DNA of 64,000 bases from Selaginella moellendorffii. Lineage: Eukaryota > Plantae > Lycopodiophyta. The stretch is from positions 1,286,806-1,350,805 of the forward strand of contig NW_003314270.1 in the NCBI RefSeq assembly GCF_000143415.4. The letters run 5' to 3'. This document shows, in pieces, positions 11,922 through 23,023 of this stretch. Both the position numbers and the translations under genes were made by a program. The notes under the pieces were generated by a model. That model was not told the DNA's origin and searched no databases. It worked only from the letters and a program-made list of their open reading frames with translations. How positions within the stretch are numbered: the stretch's first letter is position 1; every line of letters begins with the position of its first letter.

Positions 11922-11993
11922 GGAGGTATAGCTCAGTGGTAGAGCAATCGGCTGCAGTCCGATAGGTCACTAGTTCGATCCTGGTTGCCTCCT
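11922..11993 (+). tRNA. tRNA-Cys (GCA)
   Basis: Acceptor GGAGGTA/TGCCTCC plus U discriminator, D-arm GCTC/GAGC, anticodon arm ATCGG-CTGCAGT-CCGAT, T-arm ACTAG-TTCGATC-CTGGT. Confidence 0.93.
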
Positions 11994-12005
11994 GGAGTGA
12001 AAAGA

Positions 12006-12012
12006 TTTTTTT
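12006..12012 (+). terminator. Pol III oligo-T terminator of tRNA-Cys
   Basis: T7 run 12 nt after the tRNA. Confidence 0.7.
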
Positions 12013-12287
12013 CGCGGGATGGCCATGGAGCTTGGCGTGCTTCTAGTGGGCGATGAAGAGATTTTGAGGTAATTCGTCTCTAGATTTTGGGTGTCACACC
12101 TCTATTGCAGATTGTGCAGGCATTGGCATTCGAGGATGAACTTGTTCGTTCTTGATGGAATGGAATTGGACGAAGACGGTAGCTCACAAACTCACTCCCA
12201 AGGTAGAAAAAACCAATAACGTCAAGATTGCTTCCTCATTTTCTTTTCAGGAAACATTCCATCTAAGCTGGAAGAGGAGCAACAACA

Positions 12288-14522
12288 ATGACGATGCAGC
12301 CCAGAATCCAGCACAGAAACACCAACTCAAGCTCCAGGGAGAATTCCATCGCTGCCTACGAAGAACTCAAGCAGCGGGGTGTGAGACCGAGCATCGGGGT
12401 GGTGCTGGAAGCTCTCAAGCAATGCAAGAACAGCAGGGACATAGAAACCGGCAGAAGAATCCACAGGGACGCCCTCGTCACCGGGGACTACTCCAACATC
12501 TTCGTGAGGAACGTCTTGAGCGACATGTATTGCAAGTGTGGGAGCCTGCCGGATGCTCGTCAAGTCTTTGAGAGCATGGAGTACCGCGACGTGGTGTCCT
12601 GGAACTCCATCATCCTTGGCTACGCCCAAGCCGGAGACTCCAGCACCGCTCTAAAGCTCTTCTCGCGGATGCAGAACGAGGCCACTTGCAAGCCAAACTC
12701 GGTCACGCTTCTCGCCGCTCTGAAGGCCTGCTCGAAGCTGGCGGAGCGAGCACAGCACGAATGCTTAGACAAAGTGAGATCGATCCACTCGGTCGCTCTC
12801 CATCGGATCGAGAGAAAAAAAGAGGAGAGCGAGCTGGAGCTCTTTCTCGCCAGCAACTTGGTCCATATGTATGCTAGATGCGGCAGTATGGTGGAAGCTC
12901 GCGGCGTGTTTGACAGCATGAAGAGACACGACGTGGTTTCCTGGACAGCGATCATCCTGGGATACGCTCACGCCGGCAACGCAAAGTTGGCTCTGGAGTT
13001 TTTCGAGCTCATGCAAGCTCGGGGCTTTCTCCCGGATCGTGTCACGGTTCTCGCTGCACTCAAGGCCTGCGCTGTTCTAGCTGAGAAGGAGGAAGCCAGG
13101 CTGCTGGGTGGAAGATTTATCAAGCTCGAGTGCCTGGAACGGGGACGAGCTCTCCACTCGCAGATCACTCGAGCTCATGGAATGGATTGGAAAGACACGG
13201 TCTTGGCGACTGCGCTGGTGGATATGTACGCCAAGTGTGGCAGCCTGGTGGAAGCTCGAGAAGTCTTCGATGGAATGAAGCAGCACGACGTGGTTTCGTG
13301 GACTGCGATGATATCCGGCTACGCTCAAGGTGGCGATGGCGAGCTGGCTCTCGAGTTCTTCTCCCGGATGAAGGAGCACGGCTGCGTTCCAGATGCCGTC
13401 ACCTTTGTGGCTGCGCTGCAAGCCTGTGGAAGCCTGGCGGCGCTGGAGAGTGGAAGAGAGATCGAGGCTCAAGTCAGGGGTGCTGGACTGGGAACCAATC
13501 TCGTCGTCGCGAATGCGCTGGTCGATTTCTACGGGAAGTGTGGCTGCATGGAGGACGCTCGGGAGGTGTTTGAGCTAATCCCGCGAAAGGATCTGGTATC
13601 GTGGAGCTCTCTCGTGACGGGATACAGCAGCCAGGGCGACACAAGAAGCGTTTTTGAGCTCCTCGAGAGGATGGAGAGGGAGGAGAGACACTTGCAGCCG
13701 GACGAGATCATGCTCCTGTCGATCCTCACGGCTTGCAACCACGCGGGTCTCGTCGAGCAAGGCAAGAGATACTTCTCGTCTCTACGATCGCCGACTGTTC
13801 AGCACTACACCTGCATGATCGATCTCCTCGGACGAGCGAACCATCTCGACAGTGCTGTGGCGTTGCTGCGATCCATGCCCTTTCCTCCCAACGAAGTCAC
13901 CTGGACAACACTGCTGAGCTCCGCTCGAAAGTGGAAGAACGTCGGAGTTGGACGCATGGCCTTCGAGGCCCTCGTGAAGCTGGACGATACAAACTCCTCA
14001 GCCTACATTCTCATGTCGAGCATCTACGCAAGCGTCGGCAACTGGGACGAGGCCGCCAGAGTCCGAGCTTTGAGGATCAAAGCCGGGGCCTGGAAGAGGG
14101 AGCCCGGATTGAGCTCCTGGACTGACAGCTCCACTGGAAGAGTACACAAGTTCTCGGCCGGGGACGCCAAGCACCATCCACAGGGCGAAGAGATCCACTT
14201 CAAGCTCGATCATCTCTTGTCCAGGATGAAGCTCCAGGCCGGTTATGTTCCCCGCCTCTCGAGTGTTCTAGCAAACGTGCCCGACGAGGAGAAGGAGTGG
14301 GCTCTTTGCGGGCACAGCGAGAAGCTGGCCATAGCCTGTGCCCTCGTCAACTCGGCTCCAGGGACGGCCATTCGCATTGTCAAGAACCTGCGGGTGTGTG
14401 ATGACTGTCATGAGGCTACTGCTTTGATCTCCAGGCTCGAGGGGAGGACCATCGTTTGCAGGGATGCTGTTCGTTTCCACAGGTTCGTGGATGGAAGTTG
14501 CTCGTGTGGAGGCTTCTGGTGA
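12288..14522 (+). CDS. PLS-E-DYW-type PPR protein (terminal GFW variant)
   Basis: 744 aa intronless ORF; PG box EPGLSSWTD, HSEKLA, KNLRVCDDCH, CSCGGFW. Confidence 0.95.
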   Translation: MTMQPRIQHRNTNSSSRENSIAAYEELKQRGVRPSIGVVLEALKQCKNSRDIETGRRIHRDALVTGDYSNIFVRNVLSDMYCKCGSLPDARQVFESMEYRDVVSWNSIILGYAQAGDSSTALKLFSRMQNEATCKPNSVTLLAALKACSKLAERAQHECLDKVRSIHSVALHRIERKKEESELELFLASNLVHMYARCGSMVEARGVFDSMKRHDVVSWTAIILGYAHAGNAKLALEFFELMQARGFLPDRVTVLAALKACAVLAEKEEARLLGGRFIKLECLERGRALHSQITRAHGMDWKDTVLATALVDMYAKCGSLVEAREVFDGMKQHDVVSWTAMISGYAQGGDGELALEFFSRMKEHGCVPDAVTFVAALQACGSLAALESGREIEAQVRGAGLGTNLVVANALVDFYGKCGCMEDAREVFELIPRKDLVSWSSLVTGYSSQGDTRSVFELLERMEREERHLQPDEIMLLSILTACNHAGLVEQGKRYFSSLRSPTVQHYTCMIDLLGRANHLDSAVALLRSMPFPPNEVTWTTLLSSARKWKNVGVGRMAFEALVKLDDTNSSAYILMSSIYASVGNWDEAARVRALRIKAGAWKREPGLSSWTDSSTGRVHKFSAGDAKHHPQGEEIHFKLDHLLSRMKLQAGYVPRLSSVLANVPDEEKEWALCGHSEKLAIACALVNSAPGTAIRIVKNLRVCDDCHEATALISRLEGRTIVCRDAVRFHRFVDGSCSCGGFW

Positions 14523-14649
14523 TATTGAATCTTATGTGTGTTCATGTGTTTTCCTTGTTTTTAGAATACACTTGCTATTATCTTTGAACAAAATCCTTAA
14601 GAAGGAGAATATATTACTAAAACTCGATAGTCCAATTAATTAAATCTTG

Positions 14650-16100
14650 TTCGAGGATGACTCTCATGGTTTCTCGGTCCTGGTAGAAAGAAAAACCAAA
14701 CAACCTTCGTAAATTGACGAACCGAGAGAGATGCCGTCAAGGTGAGCCTCAGTACTGCATCAATGTAGTCTTCGCTGCTCATAACGAAAGAGAAATAGCT
14801 CGTCTTGCGCCTGTGTTCATTCTTTGGGCAGCTGCTAGCTTGTGCACTTTTTCAGCTTCAAATACCCCAGAGTCAATCAGATCCACCACTTGTGGAACTT
14901 CGGCGTCGTCTGCTTCATTCGAGACTGTCCCGAGCCACCACTGACCTCTCTTTTGAGGACCGAGTAGCTTCTTTCAGGGTATCGAACGCAGTTGTATGTC
15001 CTCGACTTTTAGCTAGTAACAAAGCTATTAAAATGCAAGTAAAGCGAATGTGATATACACCTTTTGAAGCCATTTCCTCATCCTTGGATGACGAGCATTG
15101 TTTTTAACTTCGAAAAATCCCCTCGAGCATAAAGTCCACCTACAGGAGTTCCGTGCGTGTGTACAAACAAAAATAAAATTAAAAAAACGTTTTGACAATT
15201 GCTTACTCGTTTCGGCATTTCTCCATTGGCACCCACGGTCGTGGAACGCTTAAATCCGACGTGCGTTCTTGAACAGCAAGAACGAACTCTTTCATCGATG
15301 GGCATCTATTTCCTGGAATCGTTTGCAGAGGAGGTGCAAAAGTATACCAGCTCGCTGTTTCATTCAAGAACAAATGTGTTAAACCGAAAAAGAAAGACCA
15401 CAAGCGCACCTTGTAATCAATCCCAAGCTGTAGAGCGAAGAATCAAGAGGCGTAAGGTTGCGAACAGCTAGACCATCCTTTTCATATTGTCTCTGCAGAA
15501 AAACGTACACTTAAGAACCGAAAAATCAGCGCGTCGTCCCATTTGAAAAACGCCTCCAGGAGTTTCACCTCAAAGCCCCGCCATAAAATTAGCACCGAAA
15601 TCCATCCCGACGAGACAAGCGATGCCAGAGATGCTCGCTGCAAAGACGGCTTCGTAAATTATCCATGAAACTATAATATGTGAGGACAGAGAGCAGCGTG
15701 AGAGAAGCATTACTGTGCTCACTGCTCGTTACCACGGGGACCACTGGAGCAAGACTTCAAGACATGATCAGTGATCGTCTCGGTCATGAAGCTCCTGCTA
15801 TAAAATCACCCCTCGTAGAAACAACAGGGCTTTCAAGTGCGTTTTACCTGCAAGAACTCGGCAATCTCCTATGTTAGTTGAAGCAAGGAACTAAGCAAAG
15901 AGAGCGAGAAGAAAAACGGCCTCTCCCATGAGAACGTACCTTTGATTCTTCTTTTGACGCGAACTTCATCCTCGGAAGGATCTCGCTTTCGCTGGTGAGG
16001 AGGAACGTATTTAGCACTTGAGGTTTGCTCCGGCTCACCCTCCAATTCAACTAGATTGCTCACCGGACTCGCGCCATCGGAATCCTCATCCTTGCCCCTA
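14650..16100 (-). pseudogene. NOM1/Sgd1-like (MIF4G-MA3 nucleolar protein) degraded gene
   Basis: Minus-strand fragments AKYVPPHQR, GQWWLG, AAAQRMNTGARRAI-(frameshift)-VMSSEDYIDA, DRETMRV; stops, frameshifts and missing segments. Confidence 0.75.
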
Positions 16101-16530
16101 GAGTTCCACGAGCATCAAGCTAGAGCACATAGATCCTGCATGATAAATAGAGGAAGCTTACCAAGCCATTTGGAAGGCATGGAAAATCACCCCATGGGAA
16201 ATCCACATAGCCTTGACATCGACTGAGGAAGATAGATCTCGCCTGTTTTCTGCCATGCAGTCGAGCGTTACTTTGGAAACACTAGGCAGATTCCGCAATC
16301 GTAATAGGATCGCTCGACGAAACAGATTTTAAAAGCGATTGCTACCTGGTAAACGTAGCCTCGAGTGATGGCTCCTTCCCTGTCAAGGAAAACACCATCG
16401 CGAAGCGAAGGAATGAAGCTGCAGCCAAAAAATAAAATAAAATAAAATAACAAATAAATCAAAGCAAAACAACTTTGTATCAAAGCTTAGCTTACGAACC
16501 CTGCGAGATAAGTTTTGAGTATTTCCTCTC
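16101..16530 (-). pseudogene. Inverted, rearranged partial copy of the neighbouring Hsp33 gene
   Basis: 16101-16217 is the reverse complement of ~20647-20782; ~16225-16530 matches ~20941-21260; intron sequence retained. Confidence 0.88.
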
Positions 16531-16602
16531 TTGCACTGGCCTCCCCTCGTTTAGAAGAAAAAACTTGGAGAGAAAAAATATAGAAAAACAGAAAACCATA
16601 TA

Positions 16603-19600
16603 TTAACTAATTATAGCATCTACTTTCACTCCAAGTTTCTCCCGGAGAAACTTGTTCTCCTTCTCCAGGATTTTCTTCTCGCTCTCCAGTGTCTGTTGCG
16701 CACACTCTTTAGAACAACAAAGAATAATATGACTAGACAAACCTTGAGCTTCTTCCTAATTTCAGCATCATCAAGGACGCGCTGCTTCTTCTCTTCCTCG
16801 AGCTCTCGCTTGTATTTGTTGCACTCCTCTAGCAGCCCACTCTGTACAAAAGCTAACTCCATTTCAAGCCGATGAACCTGTAACAATGCAAATCAGAGAG
16901 GGAAAGGGAGAGAGGGACGGAGAGTACCGTTTCTTCCAGCTCCTGTGTTCGAGCAACCCCTACTTCTAGCTGTGCATTTCCGGCTTCCTCCAGCCTCTCC
17001 ATTCTGAACGGGAGACTGAAAGTGAGTTTTGAAGGCAATAAAATAAAATAAAATAAAATAAAAACAAAAATTCACAAACCGGGTAGCTAAAACGTTCGTC
17101 TCTTCCTCTAGCTCCCTCAGCTGATGATCCGTTGGTTCGACCTGTTCCTCAGCTTCAAAGTCATCGAGTATCAGAGAATCCTTTGCTGTCGCTACTGGTA
17201 CTACAGCTACGGCAGATTCCTTAGATTTGGATGGGACATGGGGAACTGGCTTTGGTTTTGATGGGATTGTTTCCTTTGGCTTCGCAAACTGCATATTACT
17301 AAGTTAATGCTGCTCATGAGATTTGCACCACATACCCGGCTTCCAACGTCCACTTCATCGACAGCATTTGGATCCCTGAAGGCCTTCTTTGCCTGTATCT
17401 TGGCCTTTCGAGGAAAAGCTTCTTTCACTGGCCTCTCATCTTCATCGTCTGAAACTTCCGAGGATGATGATGAGCATCTTCTAGAACTCCTGATGGCTTT
17501 GTCTAAAACGAAGAAACATCATTCTGGTGCTGAAGGTAAAAAGTCCTACCTTGGAGACGATCAGCTCTCCGTGGTCGATATAAAATCTCGTCCTCATGCA
17601 TCGTCTTCCTTTTCTTGGTAGCAGAACCAGTAGCAGGAGGTCCCTGATATCCCACCTTCTGGCAGTTGTTATTCCTGCATAGAAAACCATTAAGAAGAAC
17701 AAACGGCAACAAGGGGAGTGCTAACCAGAATTTCTTCTGCATAAGTTGCAGCCGATGCTCAAGTCGTTGAAGAACGGGTGTCCTTTCAAATCCTTGTTTG
17801 TCATGAGCAGGTTCCACAAAATTTGCCTCCAAAACTCCTAAACCACCAGAAAAAAATGTAAGAGACCAAAATAAAAACTGCAAAACTCACCAATGACACC
17901 TCGTCCTTGACTGCTCGACGAATTCCATATTCTCCAGAATGGCTGTTACAGATCGAATGAGAAAAGAAGCTTGCGAGCCATTGGCTACCTTTATAAGCCG
18001 ATTTTTGTGATAGACATTGAATCCTTGCACATCTATGTGCTCACGGGCATCCTTTAGAAAACCGAGGTGTACTTTTGCAGACATCTGCACCCAAAAGACG
18101 CATGATCTCAAAGGGAAACAAAAAGAAAAGAGATGCCCACGTTTACCCCGTTTTGTCCATCCTTTTGAGGCTTGTAAACAAGCTCCTCAATGTGCATTAC
18201 GTCGCTCAGGATATTATGGTGTTTGATCTCCTGGTTTCGAAGGGTGATCTTGAAGTTCTTTGGCAGATGCAAGTACAAAATCGAAGCATATATCTGCAGA
18301 ACCAAATGGATGAATTTATGACAGCAAAACACATGTTCTTTCTCACCCTGAGAGAATTTTGGTACAAAAAGAAGTGCTTCGCACTGGGATATTTTTCCGC
18401 CATATCACGTTGAGAATCATCACGGCCGCCCCTGATTTGAATGTCCTTGAAGGAGGTCAGTGAAGCAAACCAAAAACAATTTCAAAGCATACTTGAGGAT
18501 CTGATTCAAAGTCTAGTTCCAGCCGCTGCTGCTCATCCTCCCAGAGATTGTAGATAATGATTCTAGTACCTTGGCCCTTAATTTTCTTGAACTAGCATCA
18601 CAGAGAGACACATAACTTAAGATTGGATGTAGATCCAGAGTGCTTACTTGGCTGCGAATCGATTCTTCAGACTGATAAGGACTCCATTTCGTGATCGCGT
18701 CCATGCGATATTTCCAATCCTGATGTGTGCCTCGTTGGACCTCTTTCAGCTCACCCCCGTGCTCTTCGTAATCCAGCTGCAATCAAGAACAAGGTGAATT
18801 CACACCCCAGAGAATTTCTCTATTAAGAGTACCGTAGGAACTATGATGTCCTGCTGCATTGTGTCACGCAGGAAACTGTAGGAGAGGAACCCGACACTCC
18901 GTGTAGGCCTGTATCAAACGTAAAGAAGAATGGGAAATGGGAAATACTTTGGCAACCAACTCTTATACCTGCCGCCTCTCTTTGCATTCGATTTCGAAAA
19001 AACGATGACATCAGCACCCAGGCGCATGGTACTCGTCTTAAAACCGTTTCCATCTGAATAGATTTCCAAACTGAGATGGAGAAAGAGAAAACGAAATAGA
19101 GCACATACATTGTCCAATCATGTTAGCGGCTTTATCCTTCGCAGAGTACCCAAAGGACATGCATTCTCGCAAACGCTCCTGGGTCATTCCTCCGCCGTTA
19201 TCTGGATCAACAAACAAAGCGTTGCTGCAAGAAGAAAACACAGCTAGAAAACATCTTGCGAACCTTCAAAGAGAAGCATTGGCGAGCCATCAACCGGATT
19301 CTTGAGAACGTTGATGTTGACAAACGTCGCTCCATTTTGAGCCTCATCGAGCGCATTGTCCAGCAGCTCCGCTATGGCTGCGAACCGAGCAAGAGATCAC
19401 AGATTAAAACACAAAGAAGAAAACTAGCAAGACTTTTCTAAGTACCGCCGAGAGCCCACTTGTGGCTTGTTGCATTGGAATGGAGGAACTTTGGATGCAT
19501 GCGTACGTGATCCATGCTAGCTACACAGCAAAAGAGAAAGGATTGATCGCAAACAATCGAAACAATTACTACCTGGCATTGTTTGCGCGCCGGAACCGTC

Positions 19601-19864
19601 GTAATCTCCAGCCTTCCAAAACTGGCGACAGCGATTCGGCCGCGGGGCACTGACGACGGCGTCATCGTCCGGGGAGGCATCGTTCGCGTTGGGCAGAAAA
19701 TCGAGAAAATCGGCGGGCATGTCCTCGATCTTCGGCTTCTTGCGCTGATCGTCGTCGCCTCCGATCCCGCCGGCTCCTCGTTTCCTCAAATCCGTGGCGA
19801 TACCTGTGATCCGGCTGGGACCGGCGCCACCAGCATTGCGCTCTTCCTCCTCCTCCACCGCCAT
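16603..19864 (-). CDS. MORC: MORC family GHKL ATPase (plant CRT1/MORC type, multi-exon)
   Basis: CRQFWKAGDY, HPKFLHSNATSHKWALG, AELLDNA, DNGGGM, GNGFKTSTMRLGAD, GFNVYHKNRLI, C-terminal coiled coil. Confidence 0.95.
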
Positions 19865-20099
19865 GCGATCGCCCGCAAACCCTATCGACGAGAATGGTTT
19901 TTATTCCATTTCGTGGTTTTAAGGGCTTATGGCCTTGCCGAGATTTTTCGTGCGGCATTTCACTCTGGGCGGACGTGGGCGTTTCGCGTTGCCACTGAAC
20001 ACTCGACCCATTGCTGGTATGTCGATGATCTTCTCATTCTTCCCTCGATCTCGAGTAATTCTCGAGCTTCTATAGAGGATTTTCAAAAGGGTCGCTCTA

Positions 20100-21658
20100 C
20101 ATGGCCTTGGGGGAGCTACAGCGTTGTTGGAGATCGCGTTCCAGTGGCTCCGATTGGTTTAAGCTGCGATCGGATCCTACATTGCGTATCGGAGAGCGAC
20201 GAGGTTCTCTTTTTCTAATTCCTCGGCGCGTCTTGTTCTTAGTTTTTTTTGAGAATCTTTCGTCAATGTTCTTAGTTTTTTTTTGAGAATCTTTCGTCCA
20301 GGTATCAGTGGTCAGTGTCACAGCGACCAGTGTTGTCCGAGAAGCCCAGCGTCGCTTTTCCACTTCCCGAGCGGTACGATCAGAGCCAAATTGTTATTCT
20401 CATTCCTTCCGTAGTTTTCATCCTTTGTTCTTCTTGTTCCAGGCAACTGTGATTCTCGGACAAACTTTGATGGCAACACTTCTTCTCCACGCCATTGAAG
20501 CCGCTGCCGAGAATATAAAGGTGGCCATTTTGTTTGCTTGCTTAGCCTCTGTTTTCGTCTCCTTCTCATTCAAGTTCTAGATCACGATTGCTGGAAGCGG
20601 TGGACCACTTGGAGGAATCACAGCAATCGGCTCAAACACCGGGCTTGTCAAAGGCTATGTGGATTTCCCAAGGAGTGATTTTCCATGCCTTCCAAATGGC
20701 TTGGTAAGCTTCCTCTATTCGCAGTCTTGCTTATAATCGTCTCCTATAATCTATGTGCTCCAGCTTGATGCGCGTGGAACTCTTGGCGAGCGTGGCAACT
20801 TAACAGTCACGCTCCACAATTCTTCGTGGAAGAGACTTAAAGTGTATGCTTCGTTTTTGCTTGTTCTTCTTTCTAAGTTTTTTCCTTCTAAACCACAGCT
20901 TTTTGACACCGGGGTTATAGGAGGCCTGTGCAACTCTCTCGAGGAAATATATCAAAAGGAGTCGAGACTTATCTTGCAGAAGCTCGGAAGGTAGGCTTTC
21001 ACGTCACGAAAACAACTTTGTTTTGCTTGTTCTCTTTTGATTTTGTTCTTGGCTGCAGCTTCATTCCTTTGCTTCGTTTGGTGTTTTCCTTGACAAGCAA
21101 GGAACCATCACTTGTGCTCGAGGCTACGTTTACCAGGTAGAGAACGCTCTTAAAAATTTAAAAGCGATTCCAAAACGTTTTACTTGAGTTCCAGGCTCTG
21201 CCCAGTGTTTCCAAAATGACGCTCGACCGGATGGCGAAAAACACGCGAGATCTTCCTAAGTGGAACATAAACGCTGACGAGATTTGCGAGCTCCTGTTCC
21301 AAGGAATTGGCCGTGGCGAGACCATCCGCACGGTGAGCGAAATCTTCTCAAGTGTTCCTCTCCTCGTAAAACTTCTTACGCCTTGCAGATAAATCCTAGA
21401 TTCGGTCCTTGCGGCCTAGAGATGAAACAGCGCATACTGGAGAACGAGATCTCTAGCAAGGGATTCTGGCAGATTCGACAGGCACTCAAGTCAAAAGGTG
21501 GTTTGTTTCTTTCGTTGTTTCTCGAATCATGGCGTTTAATCTTTGTAGGCTACATTGAGGCATTTTGTGACGCTTGCGGTGAAGAATACCGATTTACAGA
21601 GGATGAATTGGGAGAGCTGATTGGTAAAAGCATCAGCGACAGTGAAGAAGAAGAGTGA
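20100..21658 (+). CDS. HSP33: Hsp33 (HslO)-family redox-regulated chaperone; start codon uncertain
   Basis: Spliced reading: VVREAQRR..ATVILGQTLMATLLL..GPLGGITA..GLVKGYV..QLSRGNISKGVETYL..RGYVYQALP..RFGPC..FCDACGEEYRF, collinear with the Hsp33 family. Confidence 0.8.
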
Positions 21659-23023
21659 ATCATACAAAGTTCAGCTTGTCAATACGTTTTCTTCCAGATC
21701 TTTCTGTAAAGAATATGCTTTGGGAAAGAGCATCAAAGTCATAATCGAGTGGGAAAAAACCAGCGCTGAAAGCACCCAGGGCCTAACACTCCAGCGACGG
21801 AATACGAATAAAATTTTCCTTTTATAAACGTAAGAATCACACCAGTTAAGATTCTCAAAGCGCTCCAGCTTTTCCTTTGATCTCAAGCCATCGCTTTGCA
21901 ATCAGCCTCCTAAAAGAAAGAAGAAAGATAAAAGAAAAAAAAAAACACTATAGCTTCGATTCGATGGACGACTCTCGATATCTCCATCACACGTCTTAAA
22001 TGCCAACAGCTGGTTTCGAATCCGTGCTCGTCCAGAGAGCAACACAGCGATCACCTTTTGATCCTGTCCAAAGTTCCAAAGTCCAATCCCCAGATGTAAA
22101 CAACTCGGAAGAAAAAGCCCCCCATCCCATCCCATCCATCCCATAGCCTCTTCGTCGTCTCGTCTCGTCTCGTCACCAATGTGTGTCGCTTTCCTGTGGC
22201 ACCACTGCCGTGGAGTGAAAAAGTCGTCCAAGCTCTCTCGTCCCCGCTAAAGCTGTCGACGAGAAATCGCCTCTCCATAAACGCCGTGCCGCATTTTGTC
22301 GTGTGATTCACTTCAGCCTGAGCTAATCCTTCAGACTTTCTCCACTGATCGTAGAAAACAAGTCACTGCCCTGTAGCGTGCTCTCCTGCCTCCACTTGTA
22401 CTCGTAGCAAATGGCTACCTGGCAGCAGCAGCAGCAGCAGCAGCATCATCCCTGGTCGCCCACGATATCCATTTGTTTTCTCCTCCCTATTAGCACCATC
22501 TATGTCGCCTGTTCCCGAGGCGTATAGCCAGCGCCGCCTTGATCCTGCTGTTGATAGCTTGGAACAATTCTTACTTAATCCCACAATCTGAGGAGGAGAG
22601 AGAGCGAGAGAAAAAGAACCCCTGCGCTGCGCCTGCCTGCGACTGCCTGTGCACTCTATCCCATAAGAAAACCTGTTCTGCTTCCCCTGTTATCTAGCTG
22701 CCTCCGGCCTATATATCTGGAGCACGGGAGTAACACGCGACGGATGATCCAAATCCGGATTCCAGGAGAACTTACTTCCTCCTCCCCGAAGTTTGAATGG
22801 ACGTAGCTTATAAGTAGTGTTGGATCATATCTTATCATCACCAAAGAATATGAGAACCACAGCAGTTTTCCCAATCGAAGCTTGTTAAGTACCTTGGTTT
22901 GTTTGTTTCTTTCGTGTAGCTCGTCAGCACGCACGGCGCGTACCTCTCCAACCCGAAACTGTACACAGGATTTTCCCCTCCCCTCCCCTCCTCTCCTCTC
23001 CTTCTTTCGCTTTGGATCCTCGA

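Noticed and set aside
19583-20218. 211 aa plus-strand ORF overlapping the MORC start
   Set aside because: Non-ATG start and mostly antisense to MORC exon 1; only its 3' end is the Hsp33 frame
22305-22326. CCTGAGCTA resembling a miR390/TAS3 target site
   Set aside because: Only 9 nt match; no second site or tasiARF sequence seen
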